NCBI GenBank assembly: GCA_973895155.1
Contig: OZ316893.1
Location: 22,913,844-22,977,843 of the forward strand
Source of the DNA: Marsupella aquatica
Lineage: Eukaryota > Plantae > Marchantiophyta
Length of the DNA stretch: 64,000 nt
Direction: 5' to 3'
The first letter of the stretch is position 1; each line of letters starts with the position of its first letter. Shown here piece by piece: positions 1 to 13,930 of this stretch. The translations under genes and the position numbers were made by a program. The notes beneath the pieces are model-generated. The model was not told where the DNA came from. It was given only the letters and a program-made list of their open reading frames with translations, and made no database searches.

Positions 1-699
1 TATAGGCTAACGTGCAAGAACCAGCCCTCGAATTCAATCAAAATCCAAATAGTTACTTCAGACATAACCTTAACTTGACAATCTGATACCTTGAATAGCA
101 ACCTGGCCTTTCACCAGCGAATTAAAACTACAGGGAATGATAGAGAAGTTGACTACTTGGGTGCGGGAAGACTCGAGTGATGCGATTGTGATTACACTGG
201 GAATACTGCATTCTGTACCTGCCGAATCATTTGCTCAAGTTGAGTCCTCAGAAGAACTTCTCATACTCGAGCTGCACTGGACTCGCGTTACGTGGTCTAA
301 TGTCCTGTTTCCCGTTCCTACATTTCAAATGCCAAACAAGTTTCACAGTCAAGTAACCTAAACAGGAAATGACATACATACAAAACATCAAAAGAATATG
401 TCCCCCAACCTTCAAATTTTCCTAATTGTTTGGACCGAGGGAGCTCGGGCAAGCGAAGCTACTGTAGTTTCGCGGTGAGATCGTTGTTCCTTGATAGAAC
501 CTGCAACAATCTAGCAACTCAAGTTTTCTATTAGACAGATGATCAAAGCCGTTCAAGAGAGAGGAGAAAGCTTGCAAGGAGAAAGTTTCCGTACATATGT
601 CCGAGGAGTTTCCTTCCAAAATCCACATCGAAGAGGGCCTAAATGTCCTGAACTGGACCCAGACTAATTGCTCGAGGCAGGCTACAGGTGAATTCAAAG

Positions 700-3600
700 G
701 ACTGCATGGCATACAATAGTTTTCATGATAACGGCTTTGTTCGGGTTTTCTTACCAAGCATTCTATCAGCATAAAACCCAGTAACCGAAGTCTTGATTGA
801 CACCGATACCACCCGTACCTTCGATCTAAACGTTGAGGAGAATGAAAAATCATTCTTATAATTAATTGACTTCTTCTAAGGGACATCAACTTTGAAACAG
901 ACTTATCAGAAGGCAGGAAAGAACATACAGAATATGAGCACCATACCATGGTGATGACACAAAGATCGGCCTGTTGAGAACTCAGCGCAAGCTGCAGCAC
1001 TAATCTCAGTGGGACCTGATGGAGAAGAATGCTCAAAACCAGCAGCGAGAAAAGATGGGACGGCAATTCTTAAAGTTCAAACTCCAGAAAAGCCACAGGA
1101 AATTCTCCCAAACAGCCGTAATGTGGTTCTTTGAGGCCCAGAGCCAAGCATCTTTCAGCATCTTTTCGCGCTCCGTCTATGTCCTCCAGTAAGAACTTCA
1201 CATAGCCCCGGTGCTTCAAGCATTGATAGTCATCACCGCTGATTTCCAAGGCTGCTGTTAGGTCTTCCAATGCTCCATGGAGTTCGCCTGCCATTCGCTT
1301 CAGTATTTCCCGTTCTTGCAAGACGAAAACCCTCTTATAATAGCCACACACACTGGCGCCGAAATCGTCCCACATTGCAAGGGCTCCCACAAATTCCTTC
1401 TCGTCTACCTTCTTCATGACTCTCTCATGTGAAAACATGGAAATCTTGTCTACCAATTGTTCCCTTCCCTTCAGTCTGAATTCCAAAAATGCTACGGGCA
1501 ATCCTCCCAAACAATTGCCCCCATGCACCACAGGATCCATGGCCATGCATCTTTCTGCATCCTTTCGCGCTCCACTTTTATCCCCCATCAAGTATTTGAC
1601 GTAACCCCGATGCTTGAGCAGCTCATAATTGTTGTCGTCTGTTTCCAAGGCTGCTGTTGTCAGGTCTTCCAAAGCTCCATCGAGATCGCCTGCCATTCGC
1701 TTCAGTAACCCCCTTTCTTGCAAGAAGAAAACTCTATGATGATAGCCACCAACCCTGGCGTCGAAATCGTCCCAAATTGCAAGGGCTCCCAGAAATTCCT
1801 TCTCCTTTACCTTCTCGATCACTGTCTCATGTGAGGAACTCCAAAGATCTTCCTCAAATCCTTCACTTCCCTTCAGTCTGAATTCCAAAAATGCTACAGA
1901 CAATTCTCCCAAACAATAAAACCTATCCACCACGTACAGGATCCATTGCCATGCATCTTTCTGCATCCTCTCGCGCTCCTCTGTCATTTCCCATCAAGTA
2001 TTTGACGTAACCCCGATGCTTGAGCAGCAGATAATTGTCGTCGTCCATTTGCAAGGCTGTTGTCAGGTCTTCCAGAGCTGCATGGAGATTGACTACCATC
2101 GCTTCAGTATTCCCTTTTCTTGCAAGAAATACACCCGCGAACATTGCGAATACACCTTGGCATCAAAATCACACCAGATTGCCAATGCCCCCTGGAAGTC
2201 TTCTTTATTGCTCCAACATATTTTTTGCCTTTCCCCACAACATATTTTTCTTTACAATGGGACCTATCCACTTTTTCACTCACAATCTCACTACAACTCT
2301 TGCCGTAGCTTTTGCCTCAACTCTCATCCCAACTCTCCGTATGGATTAAAACCTTCCATCCGATAGGTACTCTCCATTTGACAATCCCTGCTTTCACCTT
2401 GCAACCATCTAGCACACACTCAATAATCCTGATTTGGTGCAACTGACAACAACATTTTTGCAAGGACACACTTTCCTTGCCAATGACATTTCTGCAACAC
2501 TTTCCGTGTCACTGACAATTCTGCAACGACATCCCAGCTACAATAACAACAAGACCAGAACAACAATTGTGCAATGTACACGCATTAGGCTAGTTTGCAT
2601 TGTATAGACAATCAGCAACCATTGTAGTACGTGAAGTCGGCAATCCAAGCTGGGACAATGATTTCATTGGGACATTTGGTTGCTGATATACTTCCACTAG
2701 GATCATATATGAGTTGGGATGGTTGGTCCATGGATCCCCCATGAAGAGCCCTGTACAGGAGTAGGAGATGAACCTTGTACACCAACGACATTCATTATAC
2801 CCCTGTCTATTCGGGTTTCCTTACCAAGCATTCTATCAGCGTAAAATACAGTAGTTAAAGTCTTGATTGACACTGATACCCGTACCTTAGATCTAAACGT
2901 TGAGGAGCATGAAAATTCATTGTTAAAATTACTTGACTTCTTGGAAGACAATAACTTTGAAACAGGTTAATAATAGGGCAGGAAATAAGACACAGTATGA
3001 GCACCCATACCATGGTGATTACACAAAGATCGGCCTCTTGAGGATTGTTCTGATTCATTTATTCAGCCTGTCTTTAGAAACCAAACTCCAGCCCGCGAAG
3101 TCTGAACCCATTTTAGAAACCAAGTTCACGTAAATCTTATTTGGGCATAGGAACAGATTCAGCGAAAGCTAGCCCTACTCTCAGTAGGAAATGATAGAGG
3201 AGAATGCTCAAAGTTAGTAGCGTGATAAAATGTGGGGGGGCAATTCCTAAAGTTCCAACTCCAGAAAACCTAGAAGAAAATCTCCCAAACACTGGTGTTG
3301 GCTTCTTTGAGGCCCAGAGCCAAGCATCGTTCGGCATCTTTCTGCGCTCCGTCTGTGTCCCAAGTAAGAACTTGACATAGCCCCGGTGCTTCAAGCATTC
3401 ATAGTCATCACCGCTAATTTCCAAGGCTGCTGTTAAGTTTTCCCATGCTCCATGGAGTTCGCCTGCCATTCGCTTCAGTATTCCCCGTTCTTGAAAGTAG
3501 AAAACCCTGTCATAATAGCTACACACCCTGGCGTCGAAATCGTCCAACATTGCAAGGGCTCCGACAAATTCCTTCTCCTCTACCTTCCCATGACACTAAA

Positions 3601-4751
3601 AGATTGTCCACCCATTTTTTCCTTCCCTTCAGTCTGAACTCCAAAAACGCTACGGGCGATGCTCCCAAACAATCTGGCCCATCCATCACAGGATTCATTG
3701 CGGATCTTTCTGCATCCTTTCGCGCTCCACTGTCATCCCCCATCAAGTATTTGACATAACCCCGATTCTTGAGCAACTCATAATTGTCGTCGTGGTCTAT
3801 TTCAATGGCTGCATTCAAGTCTTCCAAAGCTCCATCGAGATCGCCTGCCATTCGCCTCAATAACCCCCTTTCTTGCAAGAAGGAAACCTTATGATGATAG
3901 CCACCAACCCTGGAGTCGAAATAGTCCCAAATTGCAAGCGGTCCCCGCAATTCCTTCTCCTTTACCTTCTCGATCACTTTCTCATGTGAGTACTTCCAAA
4001 GATCTTGCTCCAATCCTTCACTTCCCTTCAGTCTGAATTCCAAAAATGCTACAGACAATCTTCCCAAACAACTACGCCGATCCACCACAGGATCCATTGC
4101 CATGCATCTTTCTGCATCCTCTCGCGCTCCACTCTTATCATCCATCAAGTATTTGACGTAAGCCCGATGTTTGAGTACCTCATAGTTGTCGTCGTCTATT
4201 TCGAAGGCTGTTGTCAGGTCTTCCAGAGCTCCCTGGAGATCGCCTGCCATTTGCTTCAGTATTCCCCTTTCTTGCAAGAAAAAAACCCTATGATGATATC
4301 CACCCACGCTGCTGTCGAAATCGTCCCAAATTGCAAGGGCTCCCAGAAACTCCTTCTCCTTTACCTTCTCCATCACTTTCTCATGTGAGAACCTCCAAAG
4401 ATTTTCCTCAAATGGTCCACTTCCCTTCAGTCTGAATTCCATAAATGCTACAGACAATCCTCCCAAACAATCAGGCCAATCCACCACAGGATCCATTGCC
4501 ATGCATCTTTCTGCATCCTTTCGCGCTCCACTGGCATCCCCCATCAAGTATTTAACGTAACCCCGATGCTTGAGCAGCTCATAATAGTCGTCGTTTATTT
4601 CCAAGGCTGCTGTCAGGTCTTCCAGAGCTCCATGAAGATCGCCTGCCATTCGATTCAATATTCCCCTTTCTTGCAAGAAATAATCTCGACGATATTGGGA
4701 ATACACCTCGGCATCAAAATCACGCCAGATTGCCAATGCCCCCTGGAAGTC
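700..4751. repeat. Partial tandem duplication of the NLR 3' end and 3' flank (~700-2201 vs ~2770-4751)
   Basis: Shared non-coding segments, e.g. ttaccaagcattctatcagc at ~751 and ~2821 and gatctaaacgttgaggag at ~823 and ~2890, collinear with the duplicated TPR-coding DNA. Confidence 0.8.
1070..2201 (-). pseudogene. 5'-truncated duplicate of the TPR-repeat C-terminus of the neighbouring NLR
   Basis: ORFs 1070-1987 and 1923-2144 carry the same units as the NLR (LQERGLLKRMAGDLDGALEDLT...LLKHRGYVKYLMGD...AFLEFRLKG). Homology to 4741-4751 stops abruptly at ~2201, there is a frameshift near 1990-2100, and no upstream domains are present. Confidence 0.8.
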
Positions 4752-4800
4752 TGAAATCCTCACCTTGTCTATCATTTCACAATGTGCTGACCACAATTTT
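3247..4800 (-). repeat. Intragenic ~400-bp (~133-aa) high-identity TPR-like repeat units
   Basis: ttcccttcagtctgaa(t/c)tcc recurs at ~3622, ~4022 and ~4421 (and at ~1466 and ~1867 in the duplicate). Confidence 0.85.
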
Positions 4801-7800
4801 CTCGAGTGCTCATTGCGTTCTGTTTCTCCTGCCAGCCTAAAATTCATATATGTTATTGTTTCTTTCCCGAAACCCGAGGCGAGCCACTTAGAAGGACCGT
4901 CTGCGCGATCTGTGCGAAGAAGTCTTAAGGCATTTGCACCATCATCGTTTGCAGGACCGAGATCCCCCGACAAGAAGTTCACGCAGCCTCGGTACCTCCA
5001 ACACTCATACAGGCTGCGGTACTCACGAGATTCTGCGTCATCAGATGATACTTCCAATGCGGCAGTGAGATCTTCCAAGGCTCCCTGGAGATCTCCCGTC
5101 TGACATCTCATTATGCCGCTCTCTTGCAACAAGTATTTATGCCACCTCGGTTTTACTATAGCGAGGTTTGCGGAACAAATATCTTGCAGGGCTCCCTGAT
5201 AGTCATGTTCCGACACCTTCTCCATCGCGTTTTCGTGGATTCTCGTCATGAGCCACTTTGACGGTATGATTTTGGAGTCCTCATGGGTCAAGGAGAAACG
5301 CTTATCTTGCACCTTAAAGATCTTCCGTGATGTGGCGAGAGGGGCCACACCAGCGTCTCCCAACCAAGCAGGCACATCCTTGACGTATGGGAGGACCGAG
5401 AGCTCCAAAGTGTGCAAACACTGCATAATCTTCCTGAAGTCAGGAATGCTCCTTAAAGAAAGCCGCGAAAGAACGAGACGAGTAAGCGCCTTCAGTTTGG
5501 CAAGTGACTCGGGCAGCTTCTGAATCGGAATCAGACTGTTGTATCCACTGATTTCCAAGTTTTGTAACTGCGTGAGTTCGCAGAAGGGAATGACTGAGAG
5601 GATATTCGAACGACAATCTGTCAGCTCTAGGCGCCTCAAACTGGAGAGTTTTCCAAATGAATTCACGACGGCTTCTAATTGACATCCTTGCAACTTGAGG
5701 TCTTCTAGTCCTTCTAGATGTCCAAAGGAGTTGGGGACTCGTAAGTCGCAAGAACTACGGACTTTGAGGTGCTTCAGGGCTGATAGGTGTCCAAAGGAGT
5801 GGGGCAAATCTTGCAGTTTGTCACAATCAGTGATTTCTACGTGCTTCAGAGCACACAGGTTTCCAAAGGACTCGGGCAGGCCACGCAAGTCGCCACAACG
5901 ACGGATTTCTAAGTGGTTCAAGGCAAGCAGGTGTCCGAAGGAGTCGGGAAAGACTTGCAATGCAGACAAGTGTGTGATTTCTAGGTGTCTCAAGGCATAC
6001 AGGTTTCCAAAGGACTCCGGCAGGGCGCGACAACCACGGAGTTCTTCCCATTGGAAAGACCTCAACGAACGCGCATCACGCCCTGCGTTCCCGGATTCGT
6101 GCGCACCATGGATTTCTAGGTGCGTCAAGGCAGACAGGGTTCCAAATGAAGTAGACAGGGAGTTGAGTCTCGGACAACCATTGAACACAAGACGATCGAG
6201 TGCGGATAGATTGCCGAAGGTGTCAGGAAGGGAACGTAAGTCACCACACCACTCAAATGCAAGATCTTTCAACTTGGATAGAGCACCGAAATTTTCGGGC
6301 AGGATATGAAGAGTATGGCACTCCATGAATTGCAGGTACTGCAACTGCGATAGTTTGCAAAAAGTCTCAGGCAAACTCTTTAGATCGCAATCATTGAACT
6401 CCAAATGTTCCAACCGGAATAAATTGCCGAATTCATCCGGTACACAGTGCAAGTCTGAACCGATGAAGATTCTAAGAGCTGATAATTGTCCAATAGATCT
6501 GGGTAGGACCTCCACACCGTGTACATGCAAAACTACAAGACTATCTTGAAGGGCAAAGTTGAAAGTATCAAGACCTCCACAGCATTTGAGTAGGACAAGC
6601 TTACTCGGGAATGACCTCTCTTCCTCAACTCCATCAATGAAAAGCGGGCCATCCACTTCCAGATACAGCAATTTCTTCAGTTTCTCAAGCGTATGGGTTG
6701 AAACGTGAATATCTTCAGTTGAGGAAGCATCACTTGAGGAAGCATCACTTGTGGAAGCATCCCAATCGTTGGACAACCTCAAGGCATGAATATCCTACAA
6801 TGCCAAAATATACTCACCATTTAGTTCAGATCTCATCAAATCAGCCGCTAGTTGAGTCCAATACATACAAAATCGACTACTGCAAACCCAGCTAAGTAAT
6901 TGTCATTCCTGAAACCCTCCATTACTGCTTTGAGGTAAAATGCTTCGCAATGTTTCATATGCCTCAAACATTGAAGCCCAAAACCAACTTGACACCTCCT
7001 CACTACAGAATTTTATCTCATCAATCTAGAGCTCACCTGATTCGCCAACTCCTCATCGTTTTGTAGTAGCTTTGAGGCCATTCTCCTTTCCCATACTCTG
7101 CACCTTCCACTGTTACTCGGCTCAGAAGCTATTCTTCGTCCCAGACTTAGAAGTTGGTCATGTATCTCAATATTCTTATTGTCCTCCACATGATAAACAA
7201 GAGACCTGTCCACCAAGGTTTGCCATTGTATGGTCTCGTACTCCGTCTCATATGCTGTCCTCCAAGCTGCTTTTGCATCGCGCAAACACCAAGAATGCCC
7301 TTGGAAGAAAGTTGTGGCATCTAGGAACATTTGCTGCTCCTTCTCTTCAAGTCCGTCGTAGCTCACTCTCAACTTTGCCCACAATCTCTTGTCAAGATCT
7401 CGAATACTGTCAGCCTTTATCACAGCTTGCAAAGTTTGCTGCCAAAACTTGCGATCCTGTTTGAATTTTAGGTGATTTCCAAGAACTTCAAGCGTAAGGG
7501 GCAGCCCAGAACACTTCTTCACTATCGAAACCATATCACGTTTCAAGTTTGCGGGTAACGTTTCAGGCTGTGGGAAAGCATGGCTTAGGAACAGCTCTTC
7601 TGAATTTTTTTGGTCCAAAAATGGGACTTTAAAAATATAAATACCGGCCACGCGGTTGAGAATGTCCATATCGCGAGACGTAACAATGAACCGACTGTTT
7701 GAAGAGGGACCATAAACCAGGTGCGATAATACGGTTATATCAAGATCATCACTGATATTATCCAAAACAAGTAGTAGTTCCTTCTCAATCAAAGCAGACC

Positions 7801-9892
7801 AGTCCTCTTTGTCTTCAACCTTCCTTCCAAGGCGGTGCAAATGTTTCCACACTACGTTCTTTACCTCCTCAACACCCCCTCCTTGCACCTTCAGATCAGG
7901 GACAAAACAACTGTACTCGTATGCCGGACTTAGTTCATTGAATACCGCCCGTGCGAGAGTGGTTTTTCCAAGCCCACCCATGCCCACCAAGCCCAGCGTT
8001 GTAAATTTCTGAAGCCTGCTTTTAACCTCCTGTACGAGAACGTCCATATTGACCATGTGCTTTGGCAGAAATTCCCGATTTTGACGAATAGCTTGCCTTT
8101 CAACCACGGCTCGTTCTTCCTAGATTTGCAACAAGAGCAGGTTAGAAAAACAGCAATCCTAAAGTTTTGATATGAATTTTGACGTTTCATTTGAGAAGAC
8201 AGGACACAGGATGTCACTGGAAAACAAGGACATGCTGTTGTTGCATGAAATGACTCGTTAATTAAAGTAACGCCCTTCGCTGAAGTTTGTTTCTGGGCAA
8301 CCTTTGAATTGTCGCAAACGCTGCTGAGGAGTGTTGTGAGGGCGTTGAACCTTCTGGAGGTTTTCGTCTCTGGTCTGCAAACGGAGAAATGGTCCGCGCT
8401 ACTATCAAGATTAAAATTCACCCCATCTCTGGCAGAGGCTTCTGGTACTACAACAATACCTCTGAATATGCCCTGCGTGACCACAGAAACGATGTCAAAT
8501 TGACGTAACGAAAAGGCAAATTGGACATCGCTTTACCACTGCTGAGTTTAATAACACTTCAATAGTTCAGAGACTCAAGGTACAGGCATTTATGTCAACT
8601 ACGGTAGATGTCTTGTTCCCATATATTCATAAAAATACAAACTCTACGAGGTAGATGAATATGCTTAGAAAAGATGATGAAGTTTGTGCTTGAACGAGAC
8701 TTCCTGGCAGTTTAAGCTCATCCAGAAACCACAAGTGCCGAATGTGCATTTGACCAGTCAAACGACTGGCCAAAATTCATGACAAGACATTGTACTATGT
8801 GAACCGAGTAAAAGAAAGATAGATTATGAGATCATCTTCAAGGATAGCAGCTGTACCGTTTTCACAGGGAGCATTTCCCCCAATCCTTCGATTTTCCACT
8901 TTGGGTAACACGTGCACAGATTTTGGAAGTAGGAATTCAGCCGGCTCGTGTCTTTGCTTAAAGTGGTGAAGTAATCAAAGAAAGGGCGGCTCAAGACACT
9001 TCTTGCTCTTCTTATATCAGAACTGCCGTGATGAGGGGTACTATAGTAAAATACCCCTCTCAAGCTATCAAGGAATTTCTTAATCATGGCCGCATTCATG
9101 CTCGACTTGAATGTGTCGTGTGCATGATGACACAGTTCCTTGATGACCAAACCCCCAAACGAGTGGCCCACCAAGACCACTGGGCAGTGAGGCGTCTGAC
9201 CAATGTTTGCCTGCATCAGATCACTGATCAAGTTTTCGCTAATTATATGCATGTCAAAGTTTTCAGCAGAACCCTTTCTCAGGCCTTCAATATAAGAGAC
9301 AACCAGGATGTGAGCGTCAGGGAACTCCTCCGCGAGCCAGACCTTCGGCCAAATACAGCTTTCGTCCCCACTCATCCAGGTAGATAAGTGTGCTTCGGCG
9401 GATTCCCCAAATGGAAGACCGTGGAAGAATAATACTTGTATGGTGGGATCCACCTTCGGCTTGTGAAGCTCGTAGAGGGAGTCATTCACCTGAGATAGCA
9501 AGAGAACAGGAGGGCAAGTACTGATTATTGGTTCATCCTACGTGATCTGGTTTCGACAGAACGCTACAATAGAACAGAAACTCAGACAAGTTAATATCAA
9601 TTTCAGGAAAGCTTTCTCTGACGTTGACGGTTCCAGCAGTTCAGGACGGCGTGTAAAAGTAGTCAATCCATAGACGAGAGAGACAAGAGACCGTATGGAA
9701 GATCACCTGACGAGCTTGCAGATTCCATTGTTGCACCCTTCTGCGGCGTGGTTGAGCGACAACGGGTCGGAGCAAGAAAAAGCCAAGTAGACAGCACAAG
9801 ATCACAATAGACAGTTGGCCTACTTCGTCAGTCGCCACTAGAATCGGAGCAAATATCGCCGAGATTACGGAAACCCAATTGATCGCCTCCAT
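3519..9892 (-). CDS. NLR immune receptor: hydrophobic N-terminus, alpha/beta-hydrolase, NB-ARC, LRR, TPR-like repeats (5 exons, ~1780 aa)
   Basis: Proposed exons 9892-9707, 9489-8857, 8472-8302, 8119-7037, 6794-3519; all introns GT-AG and phase 0 (the exon 3 donor is the weakest). Motifs: FFHGL, VGHSFGG, YYSTPHHGS, ADHFSVCRP (hydrolase); GMGGLGKTT, LLVLDN, SRFIVTSRD, CSGLPL, IHD (NB-ARC); repeated LPxSFGxLxALxxL (LRR); TPR-like units. A frameshift near 3600 truncates the last repeat (ancestral stop ~3247). Confidence 0.88.
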
Positions 9893-12800
9893 GGCGAGCC
9901 TCAGAAGATCGAAAGACGTTATCTTGTGGCCCTCACGCGATGGGCCCTTGCAGACCAATTTATGCACTTAGCCCCAGAGTGAGTCAACTGGTCAGATCCA
10001 TCCTCGTCGTGAGGCCAGACCACCAAAAATCATTCAAGAAGCATTGAAATTCCCTGAAGGCTGGACAGTTTCCATTATAAAGTCTAGCGCCAATTGCTGA
10101 TCAGGTACCTTCATAATGTTCAGCTAGTGATCTCCTATATTTGTTGCACCGTAAAAATCGTCTCAGACTTATCACCGTATAGATAGACGCGGATTAGCCA
10201 ACTCGATTGAATGAGGGAAAGCACATAGTTGTGCTTTGCTCGTCCTAGAACCTTTTCTCTCGCAACTACACTGAGGGCGCAAGCAGGCATATCAGAAATT
10301 GGAAGATAAAGCTACCGTAGTTCGTCTTGAGCGCAGCGCAGTGAAAAATATATGAAAACAAAAGTCAGAAGGAGACTTCAGGCAACCGTAGAACCATCAT
10401 CCGTGCTGCGCACGTACTCATAACTGGTGAGCAGCCAAGCCATTGTTGTGGCCACAACTGACTCTAGCTAGCCGATTTACGAAGGACTGAACTCTCCTCA
10501 GCAGAGTTAGAGGACATCCACGGCGACCTGACGGCAAAACAGATAGAATGAATCAAAGCGGAGGGTTGGCAGTGCAATCCACAGTCAAAGTACAACAGAA
10601 CAAGCTTGTGATGGAATTGTGTCTGTCTCTGTCAACGTGATTGAGTGCCGAGTAGTAAAGACTTATTTCCCATCCTTGTGCCTTCGCTTTCCGAAAACTT
10701 TGAGAGTAACTGGAACGATACCAGTCCGATTCAGGGACCATGTGACAGAACCATGTGAGTTCGCCTGCCAACACACATCAACGCATCTGTACAGAGAGGA
10801 CATACACTACAGCTAGAGCTCACAGAAACAACACAATTGCCTGTACTGAACCAGAGCAAAGAGAACGGTGGAAGTACCTTTCTGGCTGGAAAGTAACAAT
10901 GGCGGTAGTGGATAGATTCAATCTGGGGAGCCTCAATCTCGACCATCTCTCGAGGTCCATTGACTGAGCTATTGGCGATAACTTATACTAGATGTTCAAT
11001 TGTGAAGCACTCAGAAACTCGGCCCTGAATGGTCACTCCCTCGTCGAAATTCACCAAAGCGTGTCCAGCAGAATCTGGTGCGCCAAGAAGTCTTCCAGAT
11101 GGAAGGAATTGACAAAAAAATATGTGGCAATTTTTTGCTAAAAGTGGTGAAGAGGTGGAATGAGGTGAATTTTTGCCACTAAAAAAAATTGTTGTTTGTG
11201 ATAATTTCCAGATGAAGTGAGGAGCCATACTCCGGCCACCCTGTTTAGAGCATATTGTGAACTACAATGCCCAGGTTAAGAGGACTTAATTATACAATTT
11301 ATTCCTTGAAACTCAAGAGCGACGGTCGTGCTAGATTGCAAGTGTGGCTTTGTATGGGAGGGGTCGTAGGTGGTGTTGAGGGCACCAGGTCACTTGCTCA
11401 AGGAGTTTCGTGGAGGCGTTTGGGCACCAAAGACACTTAGGCGTGGGTGCTGGGATTGGTGAGGGCACTGGGTGGCAAGGTCCACCACTCCCTCCTAATA
11501 GGATTGTGCGACCACACCTTGACCCTGCAAAGCCCCAAGGGACCATCGCTTCTCTTACACTCCTTTTCACCCTCCCACGTCCTTGCTCTCCTCAACAATA
11601 CAGCTTTCACAACAAGAACAACAAAGTTTTCCAAAATAAAATAAAAACACAAAAGTGAAAGCGACTATTGCAACATTTTTTCTTCATTTCATTTGTTTTA
11701 CCTTTTGTAGAAAAATGGTCCCAAATTTTGTTATTCCATTTAACCCTCCAACATTCTTTCTAATAACCTTTTCAAAGAATGTTCCTTTAATGAAGGCCAA
11801 TAAAATCAAGCCCCGAACACTTTTTCTCCACAAGACCTGCCTTGTTTGACATGCCCCCTCATCTCTATTAGTCTTGGTCTAATTATTCCCCCAGTTGGGA
11901 GCCCAACTCTTTGCCCGCATTTGCCTTTTTTTTCCCCACTTTTGTTCCATTTTTTGTATCATCAACAATAAAGATAAAGTGTTCGACTCTTATCCATGTA
12001 CTCTGATCACCCATTTGGGCCCTATCCCATTGATGTTTTTGTGTTGACTTGAATTACATAATTTGATGTGCTCTTTTGAACAAGATCTAGAACACAATCA
12101 TTGACAAAAAAATTCATATATTTGTAAGACAAAAAATTATGACAGATCCAATATAAGATATAATTATAGTGTGCAACTTCGTTACCCTAACCATGTCTCC
12201 AACTATATAGTTACATATCGTAACCCTAGACCTAAGAGTAATACGTAATAGTCACCTCTAAGCCTTGAACCCTCCTCTTGCGCAACCCTGAAGTTGGCAA
12301 AAAACATAGCCTAATCTACATTCCTCCCAAATGTGTCAATTATGTCCCAATCACAAAAAGACGCATAGAGTAATATTATAGTGTCGTGTGGAACGCCCAT
12401 ACCTATCACCCTTAGAGAAACTAAGTATCCGCCAAGGAATAATTAGGCTTCCTCCAACATACTGGAAGTTAGCGTCCCCCCCACCAGGTCAGCTATCAAT
12501 ATATTCACCTAACAATGAATCAGCCTCACAAAATGTTCTCCTTTGACTCCCAAACATTTTCAACTACCATAGTAGTCTCAAAATCAAACCATGTGTTATT
12601 GTTACTAAACCTCTTAGTAGACACCATTTATCCAAAGACACATTTTAGATGATGTCACATAAGAATGACACATAAGAATCATCTCATGTACTCTATGTTC
12701 TACTTTAAAGAGAAGTATATCATTTGACACTCCTGGTCAATCAATCCAAGTCAGAGTACACAAAAACTTCAAAAAATCTGAAGGCTCAGGTTGATTCCCT

Positions 12801-13930
12801 TCAATTTTCAATTTTTGGTGGCATTGCATATTATAGAAGTAGATAGATAGTAAGTTGTTAATGATCATGGTGAAAGCTTGATGATCATGAACTCCCAACC
12901 ATACTAATTGCTACACATAGTTGGTAATAATTTTATGAAAACTAAATGTTCTATGGGTCCAAAAGAAATTTAGGCTAGGATGGACCAGGCTCATGTTAGT
13001 ATTAAAAAAATAATGGATTGTTTTTGAAAGACCAAGTGTTTAATACACAATGAGATTTATTGTCATCCAGGCCATCTAAGTTATCTTGGTTATCTACACT
13101 GATTATCGTAATTAGTCTCACACACAGTATTTAGGAACAAAGGTTTTTGAAAGATGTCATCACAATTAATGTGTGTGAGACTATATAAGAAGTGAGACTA
13201 AATTATACATGTTATTCTAAATTAGAGTAAGTGAGATTATTTTAGAGGCCACTTGAATAGTGTGTGATGAACACATAATTAATGTGTATAGCCTATGAAA
13301 AGTACAAATCTTTCCAGTAGTAAAATATATTTGTAAGGGCATATAAAATTTAAAATTTAAATAGAAAATGTCAATTGTAAGTCAAATTTTATTAAATTAT
13401 GATGAAGTGAAATACAACCAAACTAGAACAATAGACTGAACTCTCTACTTGTGCTAATATTAGTGGTCACACCCTTATTAGTGTGTGTGATACTATTTAT
13501 GCAAGGAAACTATAAAAATTATGATACTAATTAGAGTAAACAATGTAGGCATTTTGTCAAACATTTAAGTACATGGGCATTTTAGTTTATTTGGCAATAT
13601 TTTAGAGTTTTTCTAACTTTATCATTTTCATTATGAAATATCCAAAGTACAAGCGTGAGTATAAAGTCTCACCTGACAATCTTACATGAACCATTTCCAT
13701 GGGCATGTCCATGGTCATTCCTATGGTATGTTATTCACATGGTATGTACAATCATGATTATAAAGACCATTGTATTATATTCTAGTAAATACATTATATT
13801 TTATAGTATCATTTGGATAGTTTTCACCAGTACTTTCTCAAGTGTGTGTTTTTTAATTTTTTCTCAAGTTGTGTGTTTTATTCATTACTTTCAAGTGTGT
13901 GATTTTTTTACATCTTTGTGTGTGTACGAT

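Noticed and set aside
422-1066. 214-aa ORF
   Set aside because: Lies in the duplicated 3' flank, is not open in the paralogous copy, and has no recognisable motifs.
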